In this document: positions 20,258 to 29,769 of the stretch, piece by piece
Numbering within the stretch: position 1 is the stretch's first letter
How the letters are laid out: each line of letters starts with the position of its first letter
NCBI RefSeq assembly: GCF_049554935.1
Contig: NZ_CP186926.1
Coordinates: forward strand, 864,001-928,000
Origin: Methanocaldococcus indicus
GTDB taxonomy: Archaea > AGJL01 > Methanococci > Methanococcales > Methanocaldococcaceae
Reading direction: 5' to 3'
DNA length: 64,000 bases
The notes under the pieces: model-generated
What the model was told of the DNA's origin: nothing
Database searches by the model: none
Seen by the model: the letters and a program-made list of their open reading frames with translations, nothing else
Translations under genes and position numbers: made by a program

Positions 20258-21196
20258 ATGTTCCTTCTATTATGTCTCTCAAGAAAATGCAACTTAAATT
20301 GCATTGGCTGTCATGCACACAAATCAGATGAATTAGTACATGAAAACAATCTAAAATTTTTTAAAAGAGCTTTAATCCATACTTTACAACAATACAGACC
20401 AAGAGAAATATGTTTTCATGGTGCTGAAACATTTGTTTGTTCTGAGACAGTCTTAAAAGAAGTCTTAGAAATCATTAACAAATACAAGATAAAAGAAGCT
20501 AAACTAAGTTGCATGTCAAATGGAACTTTAGTTACTGAAAAAAAATACAACTTAATGAAACAGTTTGGGGTATGTGTAAATATCAGTTACAGAGGACCAG
20601 AAGACTTATACAAAAAGATAACCAGAACAGATACTTATGCTGACTGGTTAGAAGGAATTTACTTAGTAAAACCTAAATCAACAATTTTCTATTATCCAAC
20701 AGAATTAGAGGATGAGATTTTGAATAGATACAAAGAGATTGTTGATGATATTGTTGATAAGGGATTCAAATCTGTAAGATTTTCTGAATATTGCTCATCA
20801 ACTCCAAATAAAAGACATTCTGAGTTTGTAATCAAATGTCAAAAATATATAATTAAGATGGGATATGATTTGCAGATACCTGAAATAGTTGATTTATTGA
20901 AGAGAATACAAGGATTGCAGCCAAAAATGAGTTGTAGTTGGGAACATAATTGTATGCAGTTCTTCTGCTTACAACCAAATGGTAAAATGACTTTCTGTAA
21001 TAGGAATATGAAGTCATATAGAGCATTTTATAAAGAATGCTATAGTTGTGAGGCTTATCCATTTTGTAAAGGAGGATGCGAAGCCGTTAGAGAGAAAAAT
21101 GGAGGAATATTCCCATATTGTGATGATAGAAGGAAAATAGTCAGATATGTTAGAGAGAATTACTTTGATTTGGCTTCATATTATGACATTATGTAA
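20258..21196 (+). CDS. Radical SAM protein with SPASM-type C-terminal domain
   Basis: CNLNCIGC, FHGAE, SNGTL, then CSWEHNC...C...CYSCEAYPFCKGGC...C; ATG 20258 after RBS GGGTGAG. Confidence 0.88.
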   Translation: MFLLLCLSRKCNLNCIGCHAHKSDELVHENNLKFFKRALIHTLQQYRPREICFHGAETFVCSETVLKEVLEIINKYKIKEAKLSCMSNGTLVTEKKYNLMKQFGVCVNISYRGPEDLYKKITRTDTYADWLEGIYLVKPKSTIFYYPTELEDEILNRYKEIVDDIVDKGFKSVRFSEYCSSTPNKRHSEFVIKCQKYIIKMGYDLQIPEIVDLLKRIQGLQPKMSCSWEHNCMQFFCLQPNGKMTFCNRNMKSYRAFYKECYSCEAYPFCKGGCEAVREKNGGIFPYCDDRRKIVRYVRENYFDLASYYDIM

Positions 21197-21205
21197 GGAG
21201 ATACT

Positions 21206-21694
21206 ATGATTATTGCCTTAGAAGGGCATCACAGAAGTGGAAAGACAACATTATCTAAGGCATTAGAGGAGTATGGTTTTATCAGAGTAAGAGAATACCT
21301 ATCAAAGTATAGAGTTCTAAGAGCTGATAGGCAGTTGGATGATTGTTCAGTATTCAAAGAAATTCTTGATAATAATGTTTATCAGTATGAACTCTACAAA
21401 GACTGTTATGTAGTATTTGACAGAAGCATATATGATATTTACATTGCAGCTTTCATTTGTTGCAAACCAGCAGCATTTGAAGAATTCAACAGATATTTCA
21501 ACAGAACTACTAAGAAAATCAGGTATGATTACTTAATTTGGTTAGAAGAGTTACATCCTCCTCAGTCTGGCATAGAATATACATTCAATACATTATGCCG
21601 TTGGAAAATCAAACCCATTTGTAATGTTATTTTGCCCGCAACAACAGTTGAAGACAGAATAAAACAATTGATAGGGATAATATGCAAAGAATGA
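21206..21694 (+). CDS. P-loop nucleoside/nucleotide monophosphate kinase-like protein
   Basis: IALEGHHRSGKTT and VVFDRS (dTMP/dNK kinase-like). Confidence 0.8.
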   Translation: MIIALEGHHRSGKTTLSKALEEYGFIRVREYLSKYRVLRADRQLDDCSVFKEILDNNVYQYELYKDCYVVFDRSIYDIYIAAFICCKPAAFEEFNRYFNRTTKKIRYDYLIWLEELHPPQSGIEYTFNTLCRWKIKPICNVILPATTVEDRIKQLIGIICKE

Positions 21695-24204
21695 AATTGA
21701 AAAAAACATTTGAAGACAATTTGATTGTTGAGCAAAAACTACAAAGGCTGAAGTTTTGGACATGGACTGATGACCCTTCTTATTCTGACAACTGGAGTCA
21801 TTATGATACTCCTGGAGCTTCTGGGGCAGCATACGGTGATTATGCAGACCATTCTGATTATTCTGATAGCCAGTATTCAGATAGTAGCAGCAATGGAACA
21901 ATAAATTCCAAAACATCAGCAAAAACATCAGCAGTAACTGTTGGGAAAATTGAGTATTCCAATGATGGAAAAGTCTATGTTAAAGATAACAATGGCAACA
22001 TTATAACAGTTACAAATAGACAAAATCTATCTTCTGCTTTACAAAGACTTGCCAGTAAAGGGATTATAGATAAAAATTATTCAGAATTCTATACCCCAGC
22101 AGGAACAAGGGTTATAATCCAAGGAGGTAAAGTATCACTTCCAGCAGTAATGGACAATCCAAAACCTCAAGATAATACATCCAACAAAAATAAGACAATA
22201 AACAAAAACTCGTCTGATTTGGAACAATACTTCCAAGTGTCAAAACCTAATCCATCCAAAGTATCCAATGTTGCTCCTGTTGTTACTAAGAGTGATTTAC
22301 CAAAATATGCAACAATTGAAAGTATTTTAGCTCCACCACAGACCCCTGATGTTGCTGTAATTCAACAACAATATAATAATAAAATAATGACAGCTGATGA
22401 AGCTGTTAAAAAATTCTATAATGAAAATAAGGACATATTATATTATGATGAAGGAAGACAGGAAATTGATAATATAGAAAGAAAAATTATTGAGGTCCCA
22501 ACTGCTATTGGGAAAAAATATGGTGGAATTGTTGGAGGAACAATTGGAGCAACAGTTGGAAAGTTAGCAGCGGGAGGGGTAGAGCTTATCGCTGGAACTG
22601 GTTGGGCTATTGGAACAGCTGCTGCTAAAAAATCATTTGAACCAATAAAAACAGAAGCTACAATAATCACTGATGGTGCGCTATCTCCATTTGATTCTAT
22701 TGGAAAGGCATTAGATTATATTGCTGGATATAAAAAACCAACTGAAGATGATATTATTGATGTAACATCAGATATACTTACTTTGGCACCAATCCCTATA
22801 ATAGATATAAAAGCTAAGTTTCAAAATCTGGATTCTTTAAAAACTAAAAATGTCATAAATTATGATGATTCTCTAAAAACCACAAAACAAACACCAATAC
22901 ATATCTCAAAATATATGTTAGATGAACCACCAACTCCAAAGCCAAATATGGTTGATGTTATTGGTGATAAGTATCAGCTATCTACCAACATTCTTGAATC
23001 TGGAGTAGAAAAAACAAAAGTTAGGTTTGGAGACAAAGTTTTAGAGGCTGAGAAATCTCCACAGGTAGAGGTAATTAGAAAAACTGATTTCTCAGTTGGA
23101 AGAGTTCAAGAAGTTAGGAAAACAAAGGATTCTATGTATGTTGTTGATATAGACTTATCTAAGCTAATTCCAGAGCAGAGAATTGTCCAAATATCAAAAA
23201 ATGGTGCAAAACAGATAACAAAAGGAAGAAACTACATATTTACATCTGAAATAAATTCTAAAGGTATAAGTAAATATGTCTCTGGACAAAATGGATTTAT
23301 TAGAACCAAATCCCAAATTACAGATATGTTATTTGATGACTCAAAACCATATAATCCTCCAAAACCACATCTAATTGATAACATTGAACATAACCATAAA
23401 TTCTTTGAAAGTAAAAAACCTAAACACAGCCCAATAGATGCTCCAAAACAGGACTTTGATATCCCACCAATTCAAATAATAGAGGAAGAACCTAAAAGCA
23501 GGCAAAAACCCAAACTAAATCCAGGCGGGGGCAGAATAATCTTTGCTTCAGATTTACTAAAGAAATTAGATGAAGTTAGTGGAGAGGCTAAAAGTGCTGG
23601 CTCTAAAACTTCACAACAATTGCTCCAAATTGAAAAAACCAAGACTGAAACTAAATCCTCTACAAAATTAGATGTTATTGAAAAGCCTAAACAAGTTGCA
23701 AAGGAAATGGAAAATAGCAAAAATAAAGTAAAAGAAAATGAGTTGGAGAAAAAAATAAAAAAACAGATGACTGAAATTGGAATATTCCCTCTCTACAGAG
23801 TAGATATATTTAACTTCCCAGTTGAAAAGGAAAAAGCAAGAAGGGGAATTTTCCACTACCCTGTTGTTGGACAGAAGGAAGATATTGTTCCTACAATTGC
23901 TAAAGCCACTCCTACACTTATTAAGAGAAAAACTAAATTAGGACAGATTACACCTAAAACTAAATTAAAACAGATTATACCTAAAAGTAGAACAGAAATT
24001 GCAAGTATTACAGAAGAATACCATCCAATCACTAGAACTAGTATTGCTACTTATCCCTCTGTTAAAACCTCCATAATCACTACACCTGAAATAAAAATAG
24101 TAGCCCCAATCCCAAAAATTCCTAAAATTAAATTGTATGGTGTAACTGGCTATAGCTCCAAATTTTTAAAATCTAAATGGAAAAAATTAGTTACCTGGCT
24201 CTAA
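21682..24204 (+). CDS. Large viral protein with N-terminal aromatic-X-Asp repeat tract, glycine-zipper segment and Pro/Lys/Thr-rich C-terminus
   Basis: 840-aa open frame; alternative start 21691 gives an ATGA overlap with the kinase stop. Confidence 0.75.
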   Translation: MQRMKLKKTFEDNLIVEQKLQRLKFWTWTDDPSYSDNWSHYDTPGASGAAYGDYADHSDYSDSQYSDSSSNGTINSKTSAKTSAVTVGKIEYSNDGKVYVKDNNGNIITVTNRQNLSSALQRLASKGIIDKNYSEFYTPAGTRVIIQGGKVSLPAVMDNPKPQDNTSNKNKTINKNSSDLEQYFQVSKPNPSKVSNVAPVVTKSDLPKYATIESILAPPQTPDVAVIQQQYNNKIMTADEAVKKFYNENKDILYYDEGRQEIDNIERKIIEVPTAIGKKYGGIVGGTIGATVGKLAAGGVELIAGTGWAIGTAAAKKSFEPIKTEATIITDGALSPFDSIGKALDYIAGYKKPTEDDIIDVTSDILTLAPIPIIDIKAKFQNLDSLKTKNVINYDDSLKTTKQTPIHISKYMLDEPPTPKPNMVDVIGDKYQLSTNILESGVEKTKVRFGDKVLEAEKSPQVEVIRKTDFSVGRVQEVRKTKDSMYVVDIDLSKLIPEQRIVQISKNGAKQITKGRNYIFTSEINSKGISKYVSGQNGFIRTKSQITDMLFDDSKPYNPPKPHLIDNIEHNHKFFESKKPKHSPIDAPKQDFDIPPIQIIEEEPKSRQKPKLNPGGGRIIFASDLLKKLDEVSGEAKSAGSKTSQQLLQIEKTKTETKSSTKLDVIEKPKQVAKEMENSKNKVKENELEKKIKKQMTEIGIFPLYRVDIFNFPVEKEKARRGIFHYPVVGQKEDIVPTIAKATPTLIKRKTKLGQITPKTKLKQIIPKSRTEIASITEEYHPITRTSIATYPSVKTSIITTPEIKIVAPIPKIPKIKLYGVTGYSSKFLKSKWKKLVTWL
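23929..23985 (+). repeat. 27-bp imperfect tandem duplication (KTKLGQITP/KTKLKQIIP)
   Basis: AAAACTAAATTAGGACAGATTACACCT followed by AAAACTAAATTAAAACAGATTATACCT. Confidence 0.75.
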
Positions 24205-24261
24205 TTCCTCCATCCTTTTTTTAGTTCAGATATTTTTTCATTTTGTAACCTCAGTAATAAA

Positions 24262-24690
24262 TTAAATCTTCTTTCTAATATCTTCTAATATTTCTTTTAT
24301 CTCCAATAGTATTTCCCTATGCTCTTTTAACTCACCAAATATTAGTTTAATATATTTAACTCCCTCATCTAATTTTTTATTTAGCTCTAAAATATCATCC
24401 GCAGAGATTCTATTTATTCCCTCTGGAAACTCAATATATGTATTTAATTCTCTCTCCTCTATCTTCTCAATTTTAATTAATTTATCCTCTTCTTCCAACT
24501 CTTTTATAAACTCCTTAAAAAGTTTTTTCTTTCTTTCACTTGGAAAATTTGCCAAAATCCTAACACTACCATCTTTATGATTATAAACTATTCCATCAAT
24601 CCCTAAACCCCTTCCAATATTTTCAATCCTATCCCTAAACCCAACATGTTGAACCTTTCCATAAATTTTTAATTCATAAGTTGTTGCCAT
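24262..24690 (-). CDS. Acylphosphatase-like domain protein with C-terminal coiled coil
   Basis: GKVQHVGFR and YNHKDGSV; ATG 24690 after RBS GGTGA. Confidence 0.8.
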   Translation of the reverse strand: MATTYELKIYGKVQHVGFRDRIENIGRGLGIDGIVYNHKDGSVRILANFPSERKKKLFKEFIKELEEEDKLIKIEKIEERELNTYIEFPEGINRISADDILELNKKLDEGVKYIKLIFGELKEHREILLEIKEILEDIRKKI

Positions 24691-24721
24691 GTGAATCACC
24701 ATTATTTTTATACAAAGCTCA

Positions 24722-25630
24722 CTACCCATCAATGCCAAAATCATCCAACAACAACTGTATTGGAGCTTTTTTCAATTCTTCAATGCAGGAGTTACATATT
24801 TTTATAAACCAGGGCATCCTTTGCAAATTTTCTCCTACATCAACAAACCACTTATTATTTTCCTTTTTTAAATAATCTTTTAACTTTCCATCTCTCAATT
24901 TAACAAGAATATATCTTGCTTTTCTTTTAAATACTTTCTTTTTTTCTCTATCTATGTAGTCCCAATATTTATGCACATTTTTAAGAAGGTCCTCTTCACT
25001 AAACCTTTCATTAGACCATGCGAACTTTATAATCTCTCTAAGAACATACTCAACAAATGCTGGAAAATCCTCTTTATATAAATCAAATGGATATAGGTGA
25101 TTAGGAATATATGCATTTATATGGATTGGGAATATCCTATTTAAATTTCCATTTTGAAAATTTCCTACTTTAAGCTCTATTTTTTCAACTTTTTCAGTAT
25201 TGTTTTGTTTAATCACATGTAAAATGGGTATTCTTTCAGACTTAACCAAATCATTATTACAAATCTCTTCATAAAATGATACAAATGTGCAGTCAGCAAT
25301 GATTTTTTCAGGATTATCTACATTAACAGAAACATAAGTTGGAATTATTTCAGGTTTTTTCTTTAGTTCTATATACTTCTTAGTTTGCTCGTCTTTTAAC
25401 GTTCTTGACTTGCAATCTATAATAACGAAATGTTTATATCTATTTGAAAATAGTAGTATATCTGGGTTAGATGTTTTATTATTCCCTTCAAATGATAACC
25501 CTATATTTGGTTCGATACTGGCTATATTATATCCCATCTCCCAGAACTTATTAGTCCAGTTTCGTATGTTTTTAGATGATAAAGCAAGAATTATATTCAT
25601 TAATTTAGTGTGGTCAGACAACCCTGCCAT
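24722..25630 (-). CDS. Putative PD-(D/E)xK nuclease-fold protein
   Basis: E...NPDILLF...IIDCKS pattern; likely start ATG 25630 (the ORF track gives 25687). Confidence 0.55.
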   Translation of the reverse strand: MAGLSDHTKLMNIILALSSKNIRNWTNKFWEMGYNIASIEPNIGLSFEGNNKTSNPDILLFSNRYKHFVIIDCKSRTLKDEQTKKYIELKKKPEIIPTYVSVNVDNPEKIIADCTFVSFYEEICNNDLVKSERIPILHVIKQNNTEKVEKIELKVGNFQNGNLNRIFPIHINAYIPNHLYPFDLYKEDFPAFVEYVLREIIKFAWSNERFSEEDLLKNVHKYWDYIDREKKKVFKRKARYILVKLRDGKLKDYLKKENNKWFVDVGENLQRMPWFIKICNSCIEELKKAPIQLLLDDFGIDG

Positions 25631-26738
25631 ACTCCACACCTTCCAATGTAGTTTCAGCATCGTAGTATTGCTGTAAGTTACATACAAGCCTTAAAGCAGT
25701 GTTACCGCAAGCACCCTTAGAGAGATATAGTCTTATCCAGTCGGTAGATACATCCATTTCAAACTTATCTCCGTTATGTAAGTCCAAGCCCACAACTGAG
25801 TAGTAATCTTTATCAATTTTTCTTTTAAACCCTGCCAACCTAAATGGCTTTTTTGTTGATAAGAGCATATCTAAAAATTTTTCTATGTCTTCAATTTCTC
25901 TTTCAAATGAAATTAACAACGGAGAGCCACTAACTGCAATACCAAAATCTTTTTTCTCATAATATATTTCATATTCTTCTTCAATTATTTTTAGCATGTT
26001 TGCATATCTTTCTCTAACACCATTTACTATTCTTAAATGTTCGTTAAATGATGTTCCTTTAACTGAGAATTTTCCATTGAAATACAGATTTTCTATGACC
26101 ATAAGCTCTAAATCTTCATAGTATTCAAATGATTTTTTAAATCCAATGCTTGTAATTGCCATAAAGTGTTTATCGTCCAGCTCATTTAATTTGTTAAATA
26201 TTATTTTTAGCAGTTTTCCATTTACTTTCAATGACAAATTGTCTGCTTCATCTGCATCACAAGCTAAGCTATCTAAGTATTTAATACCTATCTGTTTAGT
26301 TTCCACTCCTAATTCATCTTTGAATTTAAGTAAAAACTCCTTATCTAACCATACATTATCTAAACGGCTTGTTCTTGGATTTATCAGTTTTTCCATGTAT
26401 TTGTCAGCAACTTCTGATTTTTCGACAGTGTAAAATAACCAAAACCTGTTATTGCCGAAAGGGTCGTAGGTATCTACATAAAAAGTAGCTTCTTTTTTCC
26501 GTTTCTGGTCTTTTATCTTCAATATCCAAAATCCTTTGGTCTCTGTTTTTTCTATCTTTAATTCTAACTCTTTAATGTAGTTAGGTAAGTTCAATATTGA
26601 AGTGTTTGACTCTACAATGTATGTTTTTACAAGATTTCTTCCCATTTCATATTTTCCTTCTTCAACTAAATTATCATGGCTCTTTATCATATTATTTTCA
26701 AGATGTTCATAAAGGTCCTTTCTTGTCTTAATTTCCAT
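25614..26738 (-). CDS. Hypothetical protein, coupled to the downstream nuclease-like gene
   Basis: 374-aa ORF overlapping the next gene; no motif recognised. Confidence 0.7.
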   Translation of the reverse strand: MEIKTRKDLYEHLENNMIKSHDNLVEEGKYEMGRNLVKTYIVESNTSILNLPNYIKELELKIEKTETKGFWILKIKDQKRKKEATFYVDTYDPFGNNRFWLFYTVEKSEVADKYMEKLINPRTSRLDNVWLDKEFLLKFKDELGVETKQIGIKYLDSLACDADEADNLSLKVNGKLLKIIFNKLNELDDKHFMAITSIGFKKSFEYYEDLELMVIENLYFNGKFSVKGTSFNEHLRIVNGVRERYANMLKIIEEEYEIYYEKKDFGIAVSGSPLLISFEREIEDIEKFLDMLLSTKKPFRLAGFKRKIDKDYYSVVGLDLHNGDKFEMDVSTDWIRLYLSKGACGNTALRLVCNLQQYYDAETTLEGVEYGRVV

Positions 26739-27113
26739 AGTCTCACGCTCCCACCACCAAAATAAACATAATTAATGACCCTACAATAATCATCATTAGT
26801 TGTATAATATTATACAATATGTGTATAAACATTTTTCGAAAAATTGTTAGTAACATCTTCCATCAATAGGTCCAGCAAAATAGAAAAAAGACAAAGAAAG
26901 TTTAAGATTTATTTTTAACTTATTTTAATTTTTTTACGAGCTAAAGAAGCCCAAAACTCTGGGTCAGTTTCTTTACTAAGGTATTCCTGCCCCATACCAT
27001 CATCACTTGGCTTAACTAATTTTACAGATTTTATACCAGTCCAACCTCCCACCCAAAAGCAAAATAAAGAACTCAATAATTATTTGAATATGTGATATTG
27101 ACAATTAAAAAAT

Positions 27114-27238
27114 AAATCATTTAACTCCAAACAACAATTTTATCAACTCAATGGCATTGGGATTGGATAATATATACAGCAAGATTAAAATTACAAATCC
27201 AATTGTGAATTTTTTATCTAATTGGTGAAATTTACTAT
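27114..27238 (-). pseudogene. Orphan 3' fragment of a paralogue of the 28555-28905 gene
   Basis: Aligns with 28553-28677 (…SKFHQLDKKFTI…NPNAIELIKLLFGVK*) with a diverged TM segment. Confidence 0.85.
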
Positions 27239-27241
27239 ATT

Positions 27242-28021
27242 TTATAAGAAGTCATCTAATGTTTTATTTTTTAGCTCTTTTATATCCTCTTTTTTGGGAT
27301 ATATAACTGACACTATTAGCCATGTATTCCAAATAGCATGAGTCCCAACTATAAAGTAAGTGTTGTCTTGATAATAAATTTCCTTAGTAAATTTTTTCTT
27401 AACCAATTCACAAGCTTTGTTAGTCCCATATTTCTTTTTTAGTTTCCTGTAAAGTTCTTCAAGTTCCCAATCTTCACACATAATTTTATGTTCATTTGGA
27501 CAGGTTGATGAGCACTTAAATATATACTGAAACTTTTTATCTAAAGGTTCTAATGTGAAAACTGTTTTTCCATCTAAAGTCTTTTGTTTTTTGATATTCT
27601 CTGATTTTATAACTTGTTCTTTTCTATCTTCCCAAACCATATCAGTAATTTTTGGTTTTATAACTCCCAAAGTGCATTCATGCCTCCCTTTACTTTGAAG
27701 CTCTTCCATAGTGGTTAGCCTCTCTTCAAGCATTTTCTTTATATTCCTAAATCTTTCTTCATGTAGTGGAGTAATTGTTTCAGGTTTTATTTTTCTGCTC
27801 TCAGGTCTCCCATCAGGACTTTTATCCTCCCTTAGTTCATACTCTATCCATTGTTTCTTCTTAAATTTAATATTTCCATACCCTGCAAATATTTTCCAAG
27901 GTATTGGGAATATTCTCCGCCACTCCCCTTTTTCAGTTATCCCTGCTACACAAACTAAATTCTCATATTTCTTACTTTGAACTGGAGCAGCTTTTGCTAA
28001 AACAAGTAATCTTTCTTTCAA
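27242..28021 (-). CDS. Hypothetical protein, possibly OB-fold, of the type found beside DUF488
   Basis: KAAPVQSKKY..VCVAGI...WRRIFP, D.RPESRK, C...C..H...CEDWE. Confidence 0.6.
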   Translation of the reverse strand: MKERLLVLAKAAPVQSKKYENLVCVAGITEKGEWRRIFPIPWKIFAGYGNIKFKKKQWIEYELREDKSPDGRPESRKIKPETITPLHEERFRNIKKMLEERLTTMEELQSKGRHECTLGVIKPKITDMVWEDRKEQVIKSENIKKQKTLDGKTVFTLEPLDKKFQYIFKCSSTCPNEHKIMCEDWELEELYRKLKKKYGTNKACELVKKKFTKEIYYQDNTYFIVGTHAIWNTWLIVSVIYPKKEDIKELKNKTLDDFL

Positions 28022-28512
28022 AGATTAACCACCTTAAAATCTATCTTCCCTAATTCTTTAGCAATTATACTCCTATGACATTTTCTCCAATCTTTTTCAT
28101 AACACATTAATACACTCCTATATTCTACTGCATATCTTAATAATTCTTTCAAAGATTCAATGTTTTTATCTAAATGACTCAAATACTCATCCATAAATTC
28201 TATAAAACTAATTTTCCCAGACTTTAATTTGTCTCTCAATTCTTTTGGTGTTCCTAAGAATTTTAAATGCACATATCCAATCCCATGCTCAGTTAAAATT
28301 TCTTTTAGTTTATTCTTTGAAAACCCCTTTTTCCTACTTAATGGAATTTCTCTTACATCAATAACAAGCTCTATTTGATTGTCTTTTAGAATTTTTATAA
28401 ACTCATCTATGCTTCTTCTTTCATAGCCTATTGTGTAAATTGTCTTCCCATCCAGTATATCTAAATACTCCATATTCTCTAATACAACATCTATAGGACT
28501 CATAAATATCAC
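28018..28512 (-). CDS. DUF488 family protein
   Basis: IYTIGYE, DVREIPLSRKKGFSK and LMCYE...CHR motifs. Confidence 0.88.
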   Translation of the reverse strand: MIFMSPIDVVLENMEYLDILDGKTIYTIGYERRSIDEFIKILKDNQIELVIDVREIPLSRKKGFSKNKLKEILTEHGIGYVHLKFLGTPKELRDKLKSGKISFIEFMDEYLSHLDKNIESLKELLRYAVEYRSVLMCYEKDWRKCHRSIIAKELGKIDFKVVNL

Positions 28513-28554
28513 TCCCGTACTATTTTATTGATGAAACTTTTTCAAACACAATAA

Positions 28555-28905
28555 TCATTTAACTCCAAACAATAATTTTATCAACTCAATGGCATTTGGA
28601 TTAGTTATGATTATTGTAAATAAAATTATAATAAAAAATATTGTGAATTTTTTATCTAATTGGTGAAATTTACTATCAACATATCTTAATATCTCCTCCT
28701 TTATTGAGTTCATTTTTTCCTCTAATATAAGAATATCCTCCTTAGTCGCTAACTCACTCCTTAACTCATCCTTTAACTCATTCTTAATAATAATCTTGTT
28801 TTCTTTATTTAGCTCAATAATAATATCATAAATCTCTCTCGCTTCCTTCTCGTCCTTTACCTTTTTAAGTATCAACTCATATAACTTAGCATACCCAACT
28901 GCCAT
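28555..28905 (-). CDS. Coiled-coil, C-terminally anchored protein (DUF1640/CCDC90-like)
   Basis: ELATKEDI motif, coiled coil and one C-terminal TM. Confidence 0.7.
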   Translation of the reverse strand: MAVGYAKLYELILKKVKDEKEAREIYDIIIELNKENKIIIKNELKDELRSELATKEDILILEEKMNSIKEEILRYVDSKFHQLDKKFTIFFIIILFTIIITNPNAIELIKLLFGVK

Positions 28906-28911
28906 AACATC

Positions 28912-28948
28912 ACTCCCAACTAAATAATTAAAAAATAAAAACTCAACA
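28912..28948. repeat. 37-bp direct repeat (second copy 30362-30397)
   Basis: ACTCCCAACTAAATAATTAAAAA(A)TAAAAACTCAACA; the copies differ by one A. Confidence 0.85.
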
Positions 28949-28986
28949 TATTAATCTTATTTTTCTGAGATTTTGGTAAATTTTCT

Positions 28987-29376
28987 TAGTTGAAGTTAGT
29001 TACAATATAGTTGCAATTATTTCACTTAGTTACGCGATAGTTGCAGAGTTTTCGCTATAAATAATAAAAATAAATAAAATATAATAATAAATATAAAATA
29101 TATTGTTATTATATTATTTTTTTATATATATTATATAGATGCAACTTTGCAACTTGCCCTTATTTTCTTAAGTTTTCTGCAACTATCTTTCCTTTCTTTG
29201 CAACTAAACTTTAAAATTTACAACTTGCAATAATAAATAGTTATAGGTTGCTATTTACAAAAATGCTGGTTTTTAGAGCATTTAGTAAATTGAACATTAT
29301 CATTGAGTATTCTGTAAATTTTCAAGTGTTTATGATATTTTTGTTTAGTTGCAAGCAAGTTGCAAAAGTTGCAAAG
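28987..29376. repeat. Iteron-like array A (GTTGCA/TGCAAC) around an AT-rich core, putative origin
   Basis: Five TAGTTR boxes at 28987-29045, nearly pure A/T at 29056-29138, TGCAAC boxes at 29140-29204 and more GTTGCA at 29349-29374. Confidence 0.65.
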
Positions 29377-29471
29377 TAATTTTTGATAATTTTTCTAATT
29401 TTGTTAATTTAAATAACTGTTAATTTTGGTAATAAATATTTTTATATAATCCATATTATTTAATAATTATA

Positions 29472-29722
29472 TTGTAGAAATTTTTTTTCTACATCATTTC
29501 TACAATTTCTACATAACAAATTTTCATACTGAATATAAATACACATCAAGTTAATTTATTACATTGTATTACCTATTTTTAGGTAATATATAACAACAAT
29601 AATATTTTTTCATAAAAATTTTAGTAATAACACATAAAATTGTAGAAATTGTAGAAATAGTTTTTCTATATATATGTCAATCAAAATTAAACTTTAGGTC
29701 CTACAATTTCTACAATTTCTAC
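29472..29722. repeat. Iteron-like array B (TTTCTACA/TGTAGAAA)
   Basis: About nine copies in both orientations, including 9-bp tandem ATTTCTACA units. Confidence 0.65.
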
Positions 29723-29769
29723 CAAATAATAAAAATATATGAATATTTATATCAATAAAAAAACAAATT

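Noticed and set aside
16973-24204. Diversity-generating retroelement acting on the adhesin
   Set aside because: No reverse transcriptase and no template/variable repeat pair seen.
26915-27076. ~50-codon minus-strand open stretch (…GGWTGIKSVKL…EFWASLARKK…)
   Set aside because: No convincing start or RBS and no recognisable family; at most a gene remnant.
28987-29722. Possible CRISPR or mini-CRISPR array
   Set aside because: Repeats are 6-9 bp, irregularly spaced and in both orientations; no repeat-spacer periodicity and no cas genes.
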